Shown here piece by piece: positions 22,307-33,468 of a stretch of 64,000 nt of DNA. The translations under genes and the position numbers were made by a program. The stretch is taken from positions 315,711-379,710 of the forward strand of contig NW_005201912.1 of NCBI RefSeq assembly GCF_000372725.1. The letters run 5' to 3'. The DNA is from Emiliania huxleyi CCMP1516 (lineage: Eukaryota). How positions within the stretch are numbered: position 1 is the first letter of the stretch; the number at the start of each line of letters is the position of its first letter. The notes beneath the pieces were generated by a model, which worked only from the letters and a program-made list of their open reading frames with translations, searched no databases and had not been told where the DNA came from.

Positions 22307-25300
22307 ATGCTCGAGGCGAATCGGGAGGCGGCCGAGGCGTGGAGGGCGCGTGGGCGCAAGGCGCTCCTGCAGGCCGGATCATCTGCGGCAGCGAGCAATG
22401 ATCTCGTCGACTCGCTCTCGAGAGCTGTTAGCGCGCTGGAGAAGGCGCTCAACCTGTTTCCGCTGGAGAGCCTGGCGGAGGAGATTACCGCCACGCAGCG
22501 TCAGCTCGACGTGGAGCGCGTGCGGCGCGCGCAGCGGAAGGGCACTTCAAAGGCCGCCGACCGGCCGCCCTCCGCCGCGCCACCGCCGCCGCCGCCGCAA
22601 ACGGCGCAGGGTGGCGACGGGACGGGAGGAGAGTCGGGCAGCGCGGGGCGAGCAGGCGCTTCAGAGTCTTCGCCCGCGGATGACGAGGTCAACCGCGTCC
22701 TGCGCTCCAACGACCACTATGCCGCGCTTGCGGTCGAGCGCAGTGCGTCGGACGCTGACATCAAGCGGGCCTTCCACCGCACCTCGAGGGTGGTGCACCC
22801 GGACAAGTGCCAGGTACCATCACGCCTTCCGCGCTGGCGCTTCCCTGGCCTTCCTCGCAACGACCCCAGCCCTCCCGCCTCCCGCCCTCCCGCCTCGCAG
22901 AACTCCCTAGCGACGGAGGCGTTCCAGAAGCTGCAGGCCGCCTCTGCCGCCACCCCGCATCGCATCCCCCACCACCCGCCGCCGTCCTCCGCCGCCACCA
23001 CCACCATCTCCGCCTCCTTAATCGCCTCCAGCCTCACCGCCCACCCCATCGCCGCCGCCACAGGCCGCCTTCGCCACGCTTCGTGACGCAGCGACCCGCG
23101 CGATCTACGACGCCGGACTCCGCTGCCCGTGCCGCCCCACCACCGCACGCGCTCCGAACTGCCACCCCGCCGCCGCGGCGCCGCCGGCTCGCGGAGTCTG
23201 TCATCGGAGGTGCCCGAGAGCGGCGCTTCACGGCGTCGGGGTGTGAACAGGCCCCGCGTGCGCCGAACCCGAACGCGGCTGCGTACGAGGCGGAGCGGCA
23301 GCGGCGGGCGGCGGAGGCGAAGGCGGCTGCCGAGGCCGAGGTGCGCACGGCTTCCGAGAGACACTTCCGAGACACTTCCGAGACACTTCCGAGACACTTC
23401 CGAGGCACCCTCCGGCTCTGCTGCGAGAGACCCGCACAGCCGCTTGACGCCGCCAGACCTCGCAGACTCCCCGCCGCCGCCGCTCGCCGCCTGCTCACTG
23501 CTCGGCTCCTACTACGCCTCCCCTCGCCCTCCCTCCTCCCCTAAGGCGCGCGCGCAGGCGGAGGCGGCGAGGCGGGCGGCGGAGGTGGCGGCGGCGGTGC
23601 GGGCCAACAACGTGCAAGTCGGTGGCGCCGAGGCGCCGCACACGCCCAGATGCGAGACAGTGGCCCCCGGAATGGAGGGAGGCTGCCGCGCCCGCACGGC
23701 GGAGACATTGCGTTCCGGCACTGTGCACAGAGCCGTTCTTCCGCGCCGCCACCCCCTCCTCCTTGGCCACCGTGCGACCGCCGCCGGCCCCACCCCGCCC
23801 GCCCGCTCCTCCCCCCCTTCCGCAGGCGCAGCGCACCCGCATCTTCGAGCGGCTGTCGCAGCTCAAGAAGGAGCCGCTGCTGCGCATCTGCAGGCACTGG
23901 CGCGGCTCGACCGGCTCTGCCCTCTCGCCGACGGGCGCAAAGGCGACAGCGTCCGCGGGTCGGCGCAGCGAGACGCGTCCGTGACACGTCCGTGACACGT
24001 CCCTGACGCGTCCCAAAAGGCGGTGCTCTTCGCGAGGATCCGGGAGGCTGCCCTCAACGACGGAGTCGACGGCGCGCGTACCCTCCCCTCGAGGGTACCC
24101 GAACCCTATCCGTACCCTCCCCTCGAGGGTACCCGAACCCTACCCGTACCCTCCCCTCGAGGGTACCCGAACCCTACCCGTACCCTCCCCTCGAGGGTAC
24201 CCGAACCCTACCCGTACCCTCCCCTCGATGGTACCCGAACCCTATCCGTACCCTCCCCTCGAGGGTACCCGAACCCTACCCGTACCCTCCCCTCGAGGGT
24301 ACCCGAACCCTCCCCGTACCCTCCCCTCGAGGGTACCCGAACCCTATCCGTACCCTCCCCTCGAGGGTACCCGAACCCTACCCGTACCCTCCCCTCGAGG
24401 GTACCCGAACCCTAACCGTACCCTCCCCTCGAGGGTACCCGAACCCTACCCGTACCCTCTCCTCGAGGGTACCCGAACCCTACCCGTACCCTCTCCTCGA
24501 TGGTACCCGAACCCTACCCGTACCCTCTCCTCGATGGTACCCGAACCCTACCCGTACCCTCCCCTCGAGCGGCGGCGCGGCGCCCTCTCCCGAACGCTCC
24601 CCTGAAGCCTCCCTGACCCCCCGTTGCCAGGCGTCCGCCTCTTGGAGCGGCTGCAGCAGCGCGTTCTCGAGGTGATCAACGTCGAGTACGCGCTCAAGCG
24701 AGCGCAGCAGGTTAGCCGCACCGCCGCCGCTCCGTGCCGCCGGCTGGAGAGTACGCCTCCGCCGGGCTGACCCATCGACGGCTCATCCGTCAGGACGTCG
24801 CGATGTGGGGCTCCGCGCCTCGGCTGCGCGCGCTGCTGCAGCGCGCAGACGGCGCGGCGCTCTCGCTGCCACTCGACGCTTCGTGCGACTTGCCCCTTTC
24901 GCTGCTGCGAGCGAGGATCGTCGAGCTCGAGCAACTGGGTGGCCAACGGAGGGTGGGGGGGGGGGATGTGGGGAGAGATGGGGAGATGTGGGGAGAGATG
25001 GGGAGAGATGGGGAGATGTGGGGAGAGATGGGGAGATGTGGGGAGAGATGGGGAGAGGTGGGGAGAGATGGGGAGATGCTGGGGAGAGATGGGGAGATGT
25101 GGGGAGAGATTGCCTGCAGCGCGAGGCAGGCGACGCGGATGTGGGGAGAGAGGGTGGTGTGGGGAGAGAGGGTGGTGTGGGGAGAGAGAGCGTGGTGTGG
25201 GGAGAGAGGGGTGTGGGGAGAGAGAGGGGGGGTGGGACGCAGTGGGACACGTCCTCTCCGACGGCACTCCGACGGACGAGGGCGGACCGCCTAAGGTCAT

Positions 25301-26981
25301 GTCCCGGACATGTCATGGACGTGTCCTGGACATGCCTCGACGGACGAGGGTGGACCGCCTCCTCCGCTCCTCTGTCCACGTTGCCACTCCGCGCGCCCTC
25401 TCTGCGCCCTCTCCGCCCCGGCGCCCTCCCAGCCCCTCCGATCCCACACATGGCGGCTTGGGGCTGACCCACGCCCCCACCGCCTCCCGCCGCCACACCC
25501 TTGGCACGCCCGCCGACACGTCCACGACACGTCCACGACACGTCCACGACATGTCCACGGCACGTCCACGACACGTCCACGACACGTCCACGACACGTCC
25601 ACGACATGTCCACAGACTGACGCGGCGGCGGCGACGGCGGCGATGGAGGAGCGGCGGCGCGCGGAGCGACGGCGACGTGAGTCAATGGGACACGCGACAC
25701 CGGAGCAGTCTGCGGCAGTGCAACAGCTAGATGCGCACACCCCTGTATCTCTGTCTCCCGACCAGCGCTGCAGAAGACGCGTGCTCGGCTGACTCTTCCC
25801 TGCCCTGCGCACTCGTTGCACGCGCAGCCCTGGTGTGCACGCGATGCGCCGAATGCATGATGCCGCTCTCACCCCCTCGCGTGGACCTGCAACGTAGGAG
25901 CTGGAGCGGCGGGCGCGCCAGGCGGCGGGGAGCTCGCGAGGGAGATGCCATGTCCGGGACACGTCCGTGACATGTCCGAGACATGTCCCATAGGCGGCGG
26001 AGCTCGCGAGGGAGATGGCGCTCCGCCAACTCACCGCGGAGCGAGCTGCCGCGGAGGTGGCCCGTCCCTGCGCCGCCCCCTCCCCCTCGCCCACACATTC
26101 TGCCCCCCCCCCCCCTCCCCCTCCCCCTTCGCCCTCTGCCATCCCCATCCTCTCTGTCTCCCGGCCGCCGGTGCGGACGCATCCAAGACACGTCCACGCC
26201 GACCGCGTCCCCCCCACAGGCGACCGCCGCACAGGCGCGGGCGGCGAGGCGCGCGGCTGAGGCGGCTTCCTCGGGCGGATTCGTCTCGGCGGCAGAGATC
26301 CGACGAGCCGCCGCCGCCACTTCGAGCGCCGTCCCGCCGCCCCCCGCCGCCGCAGCCACAACCCCGTCCGTTACTACTCCGTCGGCCGCCGCCGCCTCCG
26401 CTGCCGCCGCTTCTGCCACGCCGGCCGCCCGCCGGCCGCCGCTGCCGGCCGCCGCCCAGATCTTTGCGCAGATGCCGGCCGAAAGCCGCGAGCATTTCTC
26501 GCGCACCGACCCCGCCGCGATCGCGCGCCACTTTGCGACGCAGGCGGCGGCGGCCGGTTACCCTCCCTCCCAGGCGGAGCGCACGGCACGAGCGTGGCTG
26601 CCGTCTTCACCGCAGGGCGCGGCGGAGGGGCGGCCGCCGCTGCTGCCGCGGCTACGCCAGCCGCCGCATACAAAGCTTGGGCGCGCAGCGCGTCGGGGCA
26701 TTCGTCGACGCCGCCGGTGGCGGCGTCGCAAGGTTCGTCGCAGCGCGCGTCCCAGCCGGAGCCGCGCCGGGCACGCGGCCAAAAGAGCAGGGCGACGGCC
26801 GCCGCCGCCGCCGCCGCGCCGCAGCCCTCCCCGGCCGCAGCCGTGCAGCAGCAGCACGCTTCTCCGGAGGCGGCGACGGCATCCCCCGTCATCGACCTTG
26901 ACGATTCGTCGCCGCCGATCGAGTCCGACCCGCCGCCGCCGCCCTCGTCCTCGCCGCCGCCGCCCGACCCGCTCTCGTCCT

Positions 26982-27012
<31 letters not shown>

Positions 27013-27223
27013 GGACCCGTCGCCAACGCCGCCCGCCGCGCAGCCGCCGGTGCAGTCGCCGCCGGCGCCGCGGGGCTCGCCGCCTCAAGCGGCTCGGCCA
27101 CAGGCCAACCCGCCCGGCACCAACGCGCCGGCCAACACGGGGAAGAAGCGCAAGTCGAAGGGGTTTGGCGAGGAGAGCCGCGCGCTCAAGCAGGCGACCA
27201 TCAACGCTTTCTTCCGCCGCTGA
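22307..27223 (+). CDS. J-domain protein with SAP-like motif, low-complexity tail and C-terminal PIP box; many introns
   Basis: DHYAALAV...IKRAF...VHPDKC / ATEAFQKL / AAFATLRD...RAIYD; LSQLKKEPLLRICR...KAVLFARI; ends KQATINAFFRR*; joining into a single gene is inferred; frame change near 26596. Confidence 0.65.
24077..24569. repeat. 34-bp intronic minisatellite (~14.5 copies)
   Basis: Unit taccctcccctcgagggtacccgaaccctacccg. Confidence 0.95.
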
Positions 27224-27580
27224 GCCCGAGGGCGCCGCTCCAGGCCACTGCCTTGCAGCGGGGAGAGGCGATTCTCTGAACGTCGGCACAGTGGTGGTCG
27301 TATAGGAACGCGGCCAGCTGGATAGATCAGACACAGAGGAACCGCCTGAGGTCTGTGGCGGCGGGCCAACTAGATTACAAGGGTCACTTGGAGCACCGTT
27401 GGAGTGCAGTCAAACCTCACACACCCAGGGCCGAAGAGCTAAGTCCTAAGAAGCGCACCCAGCGGGCCAGATGAAGCCGCGAAAATTCTTTTCTCCGTGC
27501 CAGTCAAAATGAATAAGAAAGAGAGAGACGGGCGACGCACGAACACCAAGACACGGCCGGCAAAAATCTCTTTTTGTGTA

Positions 27581-29071
27581 CCTTCTATTCCTGCCAAAAG
27601 TTATTTAGTACCACCCCGGTTTCGGACATCGGCGAACGATCGGAAGGGTGCCGCCTGCACACCAAATGGAGTCCAGCGATGTGGGGCCTCACTCCTCTGG
27701 GAGGGCGCGGGGGCCCTAGAGGGTATCCATGCGGGGGGGAGATGGGGTCCGATGGCCCGCCGCAGGCGCCGATTTTTCACATTTTTTCTTTTGCGCGATT
27801 TTTCACTTGTTTTCAGGGAATTCGGCCATGCTATCACGCCTTGCGACAGCCTGTCGGCGCTGCTGACCGTGCCATGCTGCTCAACTGACCGCCTGCATAG
27901 CTCGCGGCCTTAGTCTTCAGCATTCAGTGACGACCTGATCGTACGGCCAGTAGGAAGGTGTCCTTCCAGCGCGTGCACGCTTCTGACGCAATGCGCGTCA
28001 CAAACTGCCTCGGATTGGCTGCTGGCACTCTCGAGGCTATGCCTACACAGCCTCGCGCGCATGGGCAGTCAAGAGGGACCACGCACCTTCTCAGGACAGC
28101 ACCAGTGCCTCTCTCTTGGACCGGCAAACTTGGTGGTCTCGTGTCACCAATGTGGGACCAGTGCGGCATCGGACGCGCCATCGACAGCTCTGAACTGCGC
28201 CTCACCACTGACCGGGAAGGCCGCCAAGTGGGTCAGCACAGGTCGCACATTGTGGCAGCAGTCAGCAGTGCATGTCTGATAGCTAGCAGCAGCGTCAGGG
28301 TCTCGCAGGGTCGGATCGTGTCAAGCCTCTCGCCCGGCCGGCCGCGTGCAGACGTCGGCCTGTCTGCTGTCTGGAGTGATCTGTCGGCGGTCAGTACGAC
28401 CGATCAGGTTGGAGGTTTCTGATGGTTGGAGGGTCTATCTGTGTGTACTCCTCGAGATCTCTCCAAATCTGCCCTCTGATCAACCGTGATCATTCGGGAA
28501 GTCGGTGCTAATAGAGACTAATAGAGCCGGAGCACCGTTTCCGCACTGCTGCGCGGCGCACGGTGCCTCCGGGGGCCCCCGCGCCCCCCCAGAGCCTCAC
28601 TCCCAGAAGCTTGGAGCTTCAGGCCGCGACCACGTGGCTAGGTGGACACTAAAGTGCCATTTTGGCGCCAAATCTTGGCGCGAAATGACACGTGGTTTGG
28701 CGGGAGTGTGGTGTAGCTGCGGTGCTCGACAGCGCTGCTGTTGAGCGCCAGCTGCTGCTCCCTTCAGCCAGACGGCCGGGCCTGCGCAGCACGACCGCTG
28801 GCCTTCCTCCTGCACCACAGGAGCGCACCAAGGCGCGCGTCTGGGCAAGCAGTGCGTCTCATCGCGATGCGAGAGTCGACGCTGTGACGCCGCCGCTCGC
28901 CGGCTAGAATGACAGTGGCAGCATTCAAGTACGCGTCGAGCTGTGCGTACCAGCACTTGTGTGCGAGCTTATTGTGTCCCTGAGCTGCTGTGGGGTGCGT
29001 GGGCTCAGCTGCGGAGCACGTACTGGGCGGCGGTAGGGGGGGTGTCCCTAAATAACTTTTGGAATAGAAGG
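27581..29071. mobile_element. Non-autonomous TIR DNA transposon with TA duplication (Tc1/mariner-like), 1491 bp
   Basis: TA|ccttctattcc(tgcc)aaaagttatttag ... ctaaataacttttggaatagaagg|TA; no transposase ORF recognised. Confidence 0.8.
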
Positions 29072-29074
29072 TAC

Positions 29075-29295
29075 CTGTGTTAGTGCCAGTGAGTGCGCGC
29101 CAGTCCCGTGCCCAGTGAGCAGTCAGTGTCGTGCGAGGGAGTTTGGTGGTAAAATTCTTTTGGTGTACCTGTGTTAGTGCCAGTGCGCGCCAGTCCCGTG
29201 CCCAGTGTTGTGCAAAAAAAGAATTTTACAATAACCTCGCACGACACTGGGCACGGGACTAGCCAGTCCCGTGCCTCTCGTTAAATTCTTTTTGT
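29075..29295. repeat. Tandem and inverted array of the conserved leader motif upstream of ybeY
   Basis: Direct copies at ~29075 and ~29168, an inverted copy at ~29214-29262 and a partial copy at ~29262-29295. Confidence 0.85.
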
Positions 29296-29305
29296 GTACG
29301 AGAGG

Positions 29306-30201
29306 ATGGCGGTCTTTGCCCTGCTGCTAGTCCAGTCGGCTCGATGCCTCGCTGTCGGGTCTGCCGTCTTCCGCCCCGCGCCACCGGCCCTGCGTCGATC
29401 GCCTTGGCTTGCGATGAGTGGTGGGACTGGCGGCGGCAGCAGCAACTTGGAGCCGAGTGCTGGCACCGGCGGCTCCAGCAGCAGCGCGGCCGCGCCGCGA
29501 CTGGCGGCGCTGTCGGTCCTCGTCGGCTGCCAGGGGCTCGACGCCGAGGACTCGCTGCTGCAGGCGCTCGAGGCGGACGGCCTGGCTTTGTTGGCCGCGG
29601 CGGCAGCCGCGCTCGAGGACCGGCCGCGTGCGGAGCTGTCACTCACGCTGTGTGACAGCGACTTTATCCGCGGGCTCAACGCGCAGTGGCGCGGCAAGGA
29701 CTGCGCCACCGACGTGCTCTCCTTCCCTCAGGACGACGCGGAGATGCTCGGCGATGTGTGCTCGTCCCGCGTCCCATCTGCCGCGCACTACTCGCACTCG
29801 CACAGCGCGTCCACAACAAGTCTGCGACGCCTCCGCGACGCCTCCGTGACGTCCGCAGGTCGTCCTCTGCGTCGATGTCGCCGACAGGCAGGCGGCAGAG
29901 CGCGGCCACGAGCGGCGAGACGAGCTGCGCGTCCTGCTGGCGCGACCCCCCCCCCCCCAACCCCTGCAGCCTACCATCGCTTTCGCCCACCGCCTCCGCA
30001 GCCTACCACCGCCCTCGCCACCCCCCGACCGCCCCGACCGCCCCCTGGCTGCGGCAGGTACACGGGCTGCTGCACCTGCTCGGCTACGACCACGAGACGT
30101 CCGACGTGGACGCGGCGGAGATGAGCGAGGCGGAGGTTCGACTGCTCGGCCGACTGGGGTGGCGAGGCGAGGGGCTCGTCGCCGCCGCCGGGGCCGGTTG
30201 A
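29306..30201 (+). CDS. ybeY: YbeY endoribonuclease, probably plastid-targeted, 3 exons
   Basis: [34 protein letters not shown]; signal-peptide-like N-terminus. Confidence 0.92.
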
Positions 30202-30493
30202 CGGGCTGCGGCTCACTAGCGACAGGTTACGGTACAGTCGGGCAGAGAGGCGTTCCAGCCCAGGCGCTCTCTGTTTTCCCTCCAATTTTGTGTTCGTATC
30301 CGCAGATATTATGTTATATCTGGGGCGCCCGGTGCGGCGCGGGGGTGCTGGGGTCTCGCACCGTGGGGACCATCGACCAAAACCACGGAGAACCAAAAAA
30401 TGAACCGCCCCCGAGAGAGTGAAGAGAGGCAGAGGCTCTCCGGAGGGCACGCGCGGCGGCGTGGATGTCAGAATAAGCGAATGCGTGGGCGGC

Positions 30494-30907
30494 TCAGCAC
30501 TTGGCCACCTGCGAAACCGGCCTCGCGGTGCTACGGCGCTCTTGCAGGCAGCCGGCCCACGCCTCGCGAAGGACGAGGGTGGCGACGTCGGAGTGCGCGT
30601 GCCGGTAGGCGAGCGCACGCCGTGCAGGCAGGAGGAGCCTCTGCATACCCCGCCAGTTGCGGGCTCCCGGCGGGCCGGCCGCTCCCTCGAGGATGCGGCG
30701 GGCCGCGCCGAGCGGATCGGCCAGGAAGTCCGCCTCTGGATAGCGCACGCCGTAGGAGGAGGGTGGAAGCGGGCGCGTGCGTGGGAAGGGGAGCTGCAAA
30801 TCGTCGACAAGGATGACAGGGACGCACAGGCACGCGATGCTGTCGTAGAGCCGTCCCGTCGACGGCGTGTCGCCCGCAGCGATGGCGCAGAAGCGTGCGC
30901 CCGCCAT
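30494..30907 (-). pseudogene. Exostosin (GT47) glycosyltransferase C-terminal fragment
   Basis: ARFCAIAAGDTPSTGRLYDSIACLCVPVILVDDLQLPF; no N-terminal part visible. Confidence 0.7.
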
Positions 30908-31445
30908 CTCCGTGCACTGACTGCGGTGCCATCATAATGTCAACCACTCTGGCTTGGCAGATACATCACTGAGCAGGATCATACGCTGGTCAATTGGGCA
31001 TGTTGTAGAGTTGCCGATGGGTGGGTAGCGATTTGAAATCTTGCACGAGACGTTCTTTGCGAGCCTTGCGCGCGTAAACCTGACGCGTCTCATTTCCTGT
31101 TCTCGAATCTTGCTTGACCAGTGCCTAATAAGTGTCGAGATCAAGCTGTCGCTTGCCCCGCATCTCGAGCAGGGTCAGCTTCGCCTCATCGCCGCTTGCT
31201 TTCCCGAATTCTGCCCGAGGAAGAAAAACAACCAGAATCCAGCACGCCGCGAGATCCAGGCTCCCAGTGGCCGTCAGCCGCACACCGAACCGCCTCCCGC
31301 CCACCATGCTGGCCGCACCCCAGCAGCCAGCGGCGGTCTCCCTGCGGCTCCGTCCCCGGGCGGCGGCGTTTGTTTCACCACGCCACCAGCACGCTGCATC
31401 TCGCCCCCGCCTCACCGTCGCCCCACACCGACTCCCCCCGCAGAC

Positions 31446-31986
31446 ATGAGGCTTCTACTGCTCTGCGCTCTCGCGCTCGGCTGCTCTGCGTTTGCGCCGC
31501 TGCCGTCCAAGCAGCAGCTGAGGCCGACTGGCCGCGCCGCCGCCGCCTCGTCCATCCAGGCGCGCGAGCCCGCGCCCGGCTGCGACCGAACGCGTGTGCG
31601 GGAGGGAATGGTATCGGGGGCCGCGACGCTGCGGCGCGAGCTAGTCTGCTCACCTCTGCGCTGCGCTGCGCTGCGCAGATGCTGCGGGTGTGCGACATCA
31701 CGGGGAAGAAGGCCAACAATGCGAACCGCGTCACCTTTTCGAACAAGCACAACGCGTACTGGCAGTACCCCAACCTGCAGACGAAGAAGTTCTTCTCACC
31801 AAAGCTCGACCGCACCGTCAAGCTCAAGGCGCGTCTGCACACGCCACGACTGCCTCTACGGCCGCTTGCTCACGGTGGCCCGAGCCCCGCACCGCGCAGG
31901 TGGCCACCTCGACCATCCGCACCATCCGCAAGCTCGGCCTCGACGAGACGGCGGCCAAGTACGGCGTCGATCTCGCAAAGTTCTGA
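31446..31986 (+). CDS. rpl28: Plastid 50S ribosomal protein L28, 3 exons
   Basis: Signal peptide + SAFAP; RVCDITGKKANNANRVTFSNK...PNLQ...VATSTIRTIRK. Confidence 0.95.
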
Positions 31987-32655
31987 GGAGTGGGTTTCAT
32001 AGTCTCCGTCTCCGCGAGTCCCCCCTGGCCGCCGCCTCTCTGCGTGCCCCTGTCTTCTGTTCTTGTAGTGAGAAAACATGTCGTTGGTGACAACACGCAT
32101 TGTACTTTGTAGTACGAAGAACACGAACCTCTTCCACTGTGCATGGAATAGGCAATAGCGTGAAAAGATGCTTAGGATCAACAGACGCAGTACTAGCCGG
32201 CTAGAGCTCGCCGCCGGATGCCGCCGGCTCTCTCTCGAGCTCTCTTCTCTCTTCACCCGCGCGGCAGAGACGAGGTAGCAGGGGCACAGCGAAGGGCGCC
32301 AGGCGCCGCGAGGCACGCACAGCCGGCACACCCCCCCCCCCCCCCACCCCCCCAAACTCTCTCTCTCACTCGGACTGCCTCTCCGACCCGGCACGCGATC
32401 CGGTGCACAGGTCCGGTACAATAGGCATGTGTGACTGTATACGCCCCCATGCCGCCCGCCCGCCCGGCGCCGCCCGTGCCATCTATCCGAATACATGCAT
32501 AGCTGCAGAAGCCCCGCCGCCTCCCACCTCAGGAAGAGAGCTGCCGCCCACCGAAGCAGCAGCAAAAGCGCCAGCCCCCTCCCTCTCCCGGCCAAGTCTG
32601 CACCACACCGCGCAATGTCGTTGTGCCGTGTGGTGCAAGCGGCCGGGAGCGTCCG

Positions 32656-33210
32656 TTACCTCTTCTTGAAGCCGTACTTTTTGCGCTCGTAGAAGAGGTC
32701 CGTCTTGGACGAGCCGAGGTTGACGATCTGCACGGCGGGGGCAGGGAGGCGGCCGTTAGGGTGCGGCGGCGCGGCGGTGAGGGCGGCGGCGGCGGCGAGG
32801 GAGGGGAGGAGGGCGGCGGAGGGCAACGAAAGAGCAGCCGCGGCTGACGACGGCGCGCCAAGCTGGCAGCACGCAGGGCAGCCGCGGCGGGGGGGTGAGG
32901 TGGGTGCGGGGGAGGCCCCGCGCGGAGGGAAGGCGCGTCGACGACGCGCCTTGGGGCAGCCGTCGCGGTCCTTCTCCTGCTGCGTGCACTCCTTGCAGTA
33001 GTAGGCGTCGGAGATGCCGGGGCCGCCGCAGATGATGCACCGGCCCTGGAAGGACCCGTAGTTGCACTCGTCGCAGATGCGCACGAGCGTGTTTGGCCGC
33101 ACGTACGAGTCGCAGATCGGGCACTTGCCGTCGCACTTCTCGCACAGCCGGCCCACCGAGATGCCCGGCTGCTTCCGGCACATGATCAGGTCGGGGTGGT
33201 GCTTCGCCAT
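32656..33210 (-). CDS. PHF5A: PHF5A/Rds3 SF3b splicing factor, 2 exons (GC-AG intron 32728-32949)
   Basis: [16 protein letters not shown]...DRDGCPK / [23 protein letters not shown]. Confidence 0.97.
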   Translation of the reverse strand: MAKHHPDLIMCRKQPGISVGRLCEKCDGKCPICDSYVRPNTLVRICDECNYGSFQGRCIICGGPGISDAYYCKECTQQEKDRDGCPKARRRRAFPPRGASPAPTSPPRRGCPACCQLGAPSSAAAALSLPSAALLPSLAAAAALTAAPPHPNGRLPAPAVQIVNLGSSKTDLFYERKKYGFKKR

Positions 33211-33468
33211 TGGCAGCGCGGCGGTGACCTCTGCAGGAGGCGGGCCCAGTCGAGAGCACACACGCCCTCTCGCCCTCGCGGAAACAGAGAAATCGTTCAC
33301 TCGCAGCAGCGGCAGAAAAAAACCGCGCCAAGCGGACATTTCCGTGTGCTGGGCGAGCTCCTGCCTCAGGTACACAAACGCGTGCCTCCCAGCACCGCAT
33401 CCCAGCACCGCACTCGCCCTGGATTTGCTCGAATCGCCGCCATAGGCATACCCCTCTGTTCGCTTACG

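Noticed and set aside
24023..24605. Repetitive ORFs (PEPYPYPPLEGTRTL) and a CRISPR-like look
   Set aside because: Contiguous 34-bp tandem repeat with no unique spacers and no cas genes; it is intronic.
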